Part shown: piece after piece, positions 20,925 through 26,270 of the stretch
Layout: each line of letters begins with the position of its first letter
Numbering within the stretch: the stretch's first letter is position 1
Origin: Octopus sinensis
Taxonomy: Eukaryota
DNA: 26,270 nt
Direction of reading: 5' to 3'
Assembly: GCF_006345805.1 (NCBI RefSeq)
Contig: NW_021834775.1
Coordinates: 1-26,270, forward strand
Program-made: the position numbers and the translations under genes
Notes under the pieces: generated by a model
Told to the model about the DNA's origin: nothing
What the model saw: the letters and a program-made list of their open reading frames with translations, nothing else
Database searches by the model: none

Positions 20925-21066
20925 TCTCCCACTGCTTAACAACAGATGTTGGTTTGTATACGTCCCCGTAGTCTAGCGGTTTACCAAAGGAAATACGCAT
21001 ACGAAGTACCATACGAAACTCTTCAAGACTTTGCTCCAGCATGGCCGCAATCCGACTGAAACAAAT
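20925..21066 (+). mobile_element. Degenerate SINE family A 3' half
   Basis: tacgtccccgtagtctagcggtt..gctccagcatggccgcaatccgactgaaacaa. Confidence 0.75.
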
Positions 21067-21079
21067 AACATGCATACGC

Positions 21080-21080
21080 A

Positions 21081-21155
<75 letters not shown>

Positions 21156-21180
21156 TACTACTACAACTACTACTACTACA
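21080..21180. repeat. (TATC)n-(TA)n-(CTA)n compound microsatellite
   Basis: Direct reading. Confidence 0.95.
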
Positions 21181-21263
21181 TCTCTTGCTACAACAATTTG
21201 CCTTTGCTCTTTCTGAAGGTGTGGTGGCTACTTCCTAATTGTAATACAGTAAAAAAGGGTAAA

Positions 21264-21596
21264 GACGCCCTTCGGTCATGAATGACCGTGGGACTGCACC
21301 TAGAAAGTTACTCTCCGAAGCACAAGTCCGGTTAAGGTTGTTTATTGAAGACTAGCAGTGGCCCATGATACAAATCTCTACTCTTCACGCCACCAATGTT
21401 ATCCAAGGGAAAAGCAAAGGCCGATACAGCTTGGAACAGGCGACGTCGCAACTCATTTCTACAGCTGAGTGAACTAGAGCAAAGTGAAATGAAGTGTCTT
21501 GCTCAAGAACACAACACACAACCCGGTCCGAGAAACTAACTCACTACCTCATGATTGTGAGCCCGATGCTCTAGCCACTGAGCCATGCACCTTCAC
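21264..21596 (-). mobile_element. Full-length SINE family C
   Basis: tRNA-like head gtgaaggtgcatggctcagtggctagagcatc on the minus strand. Possible TSD ttgtaatacagtaa at 21239-21252 and 21611-21624. Confidence 0.88.
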
Positions 21597-21999
21597 TATA
21601 CTCTATATTTTTGTAATACAGTAAGGTTTTATAAAAAATATAAAGTATAACTCTCAGATGGCGAAGCTTAATGAAATTGTGAAGCATATATAACAAATCA
21701 ATGTACAAACGGATTACCCAGAAAGAAAAGCGTGGAGATAAAACTAAAAGAAAAGAAGAATGGAACCGTAATCTTTAGTCTTTGTGCATCTGGTTAATAT
21801 TTTTTTCTAATAGACTTCAAATAATAAAATATTTTATCAACAAACGAAATGGAAATCATACAATGAAGATAAATGGAAACATAATCTCATCAAAAAAAGC
21901 ACATCTGGACACATTACACAAGCACACATTTACTCACGCTAACTCACTCCACCCTTGCCTTCTTTCAAACTTCCGAATGCGCATGTGCGAGCACACACA

Positions 22000-22333
22000 T
22001 GTATACATACATACATGCATACATACATACATACATACATACATACATACATACATACATACACACATACATGCGCATTCATTCATACATACATACATAC
22101 ATACATACATGTACATACAGACATACACACATAGGCACATTTATACAGCTACATGCATACATAGTACGTACATACAGACAAACATACAGACGTACACACA
22201 TTTGTACAGATACAAACATACATACATAATACGTACATACATACTTACATACAGACGTACAGACATATATACATATTTGTACAGATACATACATACATAC
22301 ATACATACATACATACATACATACATACATACA

Positions 22334-22367
<34 letters not shown>

Positions 22368-22388
22368 CATACACACATACATACATGC
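22000..22388. repeat. (CATA)n array
   Basis: Direct reading. Confidence 0.95.
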
Positions 22389-22978
22389 ACAAATGGTTGC
22401 TGTCAGCCCGTAGACGACTATGACCATCACTGACAAATTATCCTCTAGATGTTAAAGACTGGCAGTTAGTAATTTCTTTGCTGGAATTTAGTCAATAACA
22501 ACTTGGACAACACTACTAAAACACTCACCTCGAAAGCCAAGTAGTCTAGAAACAAGCAAGAGCAAGATTTCCGGCTTCGCAATGAGGCGTGTGTTATTTC
22601 TGAATAGAAATAAGAGAAATGTCTAAACTAAGATTAGGGTTCTCTCACTCCCATTTGTTAAATCGCCATTGACACTTCTGAGTTCATTCGCCCTTTCACA
22701 GATTTTGACTTTCGTTCTGCAGGTACCCAATAAAAATCATCCTCTTTGCCAAGCAAGCTCGGTAGGGTTGCCGGCTTAAACACCGATGATCTGACCATGC
22801 GACAGGTTGTAATGAGTCACATGTTACCAGTAGCATTACATGTGACCTAGCATGTTACCAATAGCATTACATGTGACCTAACATGTATACATGCATGCAT
22901 ACATATACACATACAAACATGCATACATACATACATACATGCATACATATATACGTACATACATACATACATACATTC

Positions 22979-23385
22979 ACAGATATTGCTGTGTGGGACC
23001 GCAAAGGAAAGATATGCTCTGTAGTGGAAATCAGCTGTCTTCTGGACACCAATGTAATTAGAAAAATACAGGAGAGAACATTTATGGACCATTGATAAGG
23101 AGTTTGCAAATCTAGTACCCGAGACACGCTTTTGGCTTCATACTTTTTGTTATTGGAAGAACAGAATACATACCAACCCACCTATATCAAATATGGCTGA
23201 ACTTAGGATCTTGAGGAGAGAATACAAATCTTTAATTCATACGCTTCAAATGATCACGATATAGATATCTGCATGGCCTTAAGGTTTGAAGGATGACGCT
23301 TAAAACAAGATACTTCATTTCACAACCTTGCTTCCAAGTAGGTTGTCGGTTAAATTATTTTCTAAATTAAAGAAGGAGGAGAAGA
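22979..23385 (+). mobile_element. 5'-truncated, decayed RLE-type (R4/Dong-like) LINE 3' end after (CATA)n, copy 1
   Basis: DIAVWDRKGKICSVVEISCLLDTNVIRKIQE/ENIYGPLIRSLQI*YP..FILFVIG..YKSLIHTLQM, a PD-(D/E)xK-type endonuclease C-terminus. Confidence 0.8.
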
Positions 23386-23400
23386 ACACACACACACACA

Positions 23401-23604
23401 CGAAGGGTTGCTGAAAGGTTCCTGGCTTTAAGGTATCGCAAAAGGCCTAGCTGGCCGAGTTCTTTTACAGGCCTTAGGAAAACTGTAGGACCGTTGCAAT
23501 AAGTGTGTGAATCTGAGGTGGGAATATGTTAAATAAAATCATAACTAACTGATCCTGCGGTATTTTTTTTTACCCAAAGCCAGGATCTTTTCAGCACTCT
23601 TTCG
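23401..23604 (+). mobile_element. Mariner internal-deletion derivative (MITE) with 29-bp TIRs
   Basis: cgaagggttgctgaaaggttcctggcttt pairs with aaagccaggatcttttcagcactctttcg followed by TA. The interior retains the transposase C-terminus DRCNKCVNLRWEYVK*. Confidence 0.88.
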
Positions 23605-23619
23605 TACATACTCTCTCTT

Positions 23620-24026
23620 ACGTACATGCATGCATACATACATGCATACATACATGCATACCTATATACATGCATGCATACATACAGAGATGCATACATA
23701 CATGCATGCATACATACATACATGCATACATACATGCATGCATGCATGCATACATACATACATAACTTCATACATGTATGCATACATACATACATACATT
23801 CATGCATGCATACATACGTACATGCATACTTTCATGCATGCATGCATACATACATAATACATATATACATACATACATACATACGTGCATGCATACATAC
23901 ATATATACATACATACATACATGCATACATACATTCATGCATACATACATACATACATACATACATACATACATACATACATACATACATACATACATAC
24001 ATACATACATACATACATACATACAT
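23620..24026. repeat. (CATA)n/(CATG)n array
   Basis: Direct reading. Confidence 0.95.
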
Positions 24027-24392
24027 AGTTATAGAGGCAATCGTCCAAAACTCATATTTATGGACAACTACGTCGAAACTTGTAGTTTTTCTACCTTGAT
24101 TATGAATTCTCATTTATACCAATAATTATTGGTGCTTTTGCTTACGTTAGTAAATATCTAAGTGACAATCTGGAAATAACTGCAATTTTCAAGCCAAGAA
24201 AGAGACTGGCTAACACGTCCTTTATAGATACAATCTGTGAGTGGAACTGTAAAATATGCACAGTTGTTCTATAGTTCAACATGAAACACTTATCATTGTT
24301 TGCTACCCAAATTCCAGCGATCGTGTTTTTGTTTCTTTGTTGGAAAACAGCATAATCACTCTAGGAAGAATTCTAATAAATAAAAAGAAAAC
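24027..24392 (+). mobile_element. 5'-truncated, decayed RLE-type LINE 3' end after (CATA)n, copy 2
   Basis: HIYGQLRRNL*FFYLDYEFSFIPIIIGAFAYVSKYLSDNLE..IQSVSGTVK, homologous at protein level to 22979-23296. Confidence 0.8.
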
Positions 24393-24427
24393 GTGCATTC
24401 ATACACACACACAAACACATACACAAG

Positions 24428-24465
<38 letters not shown>

Positions 24466-24917
24466 CTTACATTACATATATGCAGAGGCATACACATATG
24501 CGTTTTCAAATACAATATAAAACGATCAGTCTTTTCTCCGTTCTTTTATCTCTTAAATTCACACCACCAAACTAAACATTTCTCTCTCACTCTTTTCTCT
24601 CTCCACTTCTCTTTCCTTCTCTCTCCATCCTCTCGTATGTTCTCTTTCTCTCTTTTCCCTCTCTCTCTCCTCTGTCTCTCTGACCCGTCTCCTCTGTCCC
24701 TCTAGCTTCCCTCCCTCCTCTCTCATCTGACACTACCAAACAAATAGATTGTATCATTCTTGGGTTGATTTGACCACTCAAAGTAAGATTTCGTTCTTTT
24801 GGCTTGAACACAAACCATTTCTTACAACCAAGGGATGTGAATGCATTTGACACAGCGCAATACGGTTATTTGCAGTTAACTTCGATGTAACTCGAGCTTA
24901 AAATTGTGAGATGTGAC

Positions 24918-25297
24918 TGTACAGTTAAGAAGTTTGCCTGCCAACCACATGATTTCGAGTTCAATTCCACTGCATAATACCTGAGGCAAATATCTTCCAC
25001 TATAGCCCCGGGCCGACCAAAGCCTTGTGAGTGGATTTGGTAGACGGAAACTGAAAGAAGCCTATGATCAATTATTATATTATATATTATTATATATAAT
25101 ATATATATATAAATATATTATTATATATATTATATATATATATATAATAATATATAAATTTATATATGTATTGTGTGTATGTATGTATCGCTGTGTGTGT
25201 GTATGTGTGTGTGTGTGTGTGTAAGTATTTGTGTAGGTGTTTGTCCTCCACAACCGCTATTGTTTTGTTTACGTAAGCTAGCGGTTTCAGCAAAAGA
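24918..25297 (+). mobile_element. SINE family A, 3'-truncated by the terminal repeat
   Basis: ccaaccacatgatttcgagttcaattcc..gccttgtgagtggatttggtagacgg..gcggtttcagcaaaaga, then an abrupt end. Confidence 0.85.
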
Positions 25298-26270
25298 TAT
25301 AGGATTCCTTGCACGCTAGAATGAACAGCTAAAATCCAAACCTATTAGGATAAACTTCGAAGTGAATGAAAAATAAAAAACATTTACCATCTATCTCCTG
25401 GACCATGGTTTCAGACTTTATTTTAGCAATAAAAATAATTTGCTAGGCGACGTCTTCATCACATGTACGTCTAGATTAAACATAAAGTACGAGGCAATCC
25501 AGCATGTTGCCCCGTGCTTATACATTATAATTTTTCAAATTCACCGCACAAGCGCAGTTTTTTGTCGGCAGCTAATAAAATAATGCCGGCGTTTCTTCGA
25601 AATTTTCAGAAAAAATTATCAATAATTAATAATATCAGGGTAATAAAAAATTTTAGAAATTTTTACCACCATTGACCTAGCTATTAAAAGTTTGCCAATA
25701 GACTATATATTATGCATATAAATACAGTGTACATCTAAACACATAAGAGTATATCCATCATAGGATCCTTGCACGCTAGAAAGAAAACTAAATTCAACCA
25801 CTATTAGGGATAACTCTTCGAAGGGATGAAAAATAAAAACATTTACCATCTATCTCCTGAACCATGGTTTCAGACTCTTTTAGCAAATACAATAATTTGC
25901 AGGTGAAGTCTTCATCAACAGTACGCCTAGATTAAACATTAAGTAGAGGTAATCCAGCATGTGCTCCGTGCTTATACATAACACCGGCATTTATTTTATT
26001 TGCTGTCGACAAAAAACTTGCTTCCGCGGTGGATTATTATGTATAATTTATAGCACGGGGCACATATTAGATTGCCTCGCACATTATGTTTAATCTAGGC
26101 GTACCTGTTGATGAACACTTCACTAGCAAATTATTTTATATGCTAAAAGAGTCTGAAACAATGGTCCAGGAGCTAGATGGTAAATGTTCTTATTTTTCAT
26201 TCCCTTCGAAGTTTATCCCTAATAGTGGTTTGGATTTAGTTGTTCCTTCTAGTGTGCAAGGAATCCTATG
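25298..26270. repeat. ~460-bp unit: full copy (25298-25758), partial tandem copy (25759-25980), inverted partial copy (25981-26270)
   Basis: All three start at (c)ataggat(t)ccttgcac. Copies differ by substitutions and many 1-nt indels. Confidence 0.9.

Noticed and set aside
758-25314. Dozens of ORFs rich in HTYI, YIYI, VCMY, poly-N/I/E/K
   Set aside because: These are translations of microsatellites or SINE bodies with no protein-like content.
25298-26270. Mitochondrial or rRNA origin of the terminal repeat
   Set aside because: I could not match conserved rRNA or mitochondrial protein motifs. A database search is needed.
1-26270. CRISPR array or prokaryotic operon
   Set aside because: No repeat-spacer periodicity or gene-dense organisation. 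The sequence is eukaryotic repeat DNA.

Overview
AT-rich, repeat-saturated animal genomic DNA. The SINE families look like those of Octopus (recognised by eye, not searched). No intact host gene is visible, and most ORFs in the supplied track are microsatellite artefacts. The window holds four tRNA-derived SINE families, decayed Penelope-like elements (PLEs: a Neptune-type RT+GIY-YIG copy fused to a second, divergent PLE RT), and PLE-like non-coding 3' ends inserted in (TA)n, several with hammerhead-ribozyme-like motifs. It also holds three 5'-truncated restriction-like-endonuclease (R4/Dong-type) LINE ends, one in (AAT)n and two in (CATA)n, plus an L2/CR1-type RT relic and mariner/hAT MITEs. 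A unique island at about 5050-5400 carries a dense Smad-site cluster and a candidate 33-nt microexon. The window ends in a ~460-bp unit repeated in tandem and then inverted, which may be an assembly artefact. Best leads: a conserved non-canonical hammerhead core (CUGUUGA), an apparently (CATA)n-targeting LINE, and the Smad-site cluster.
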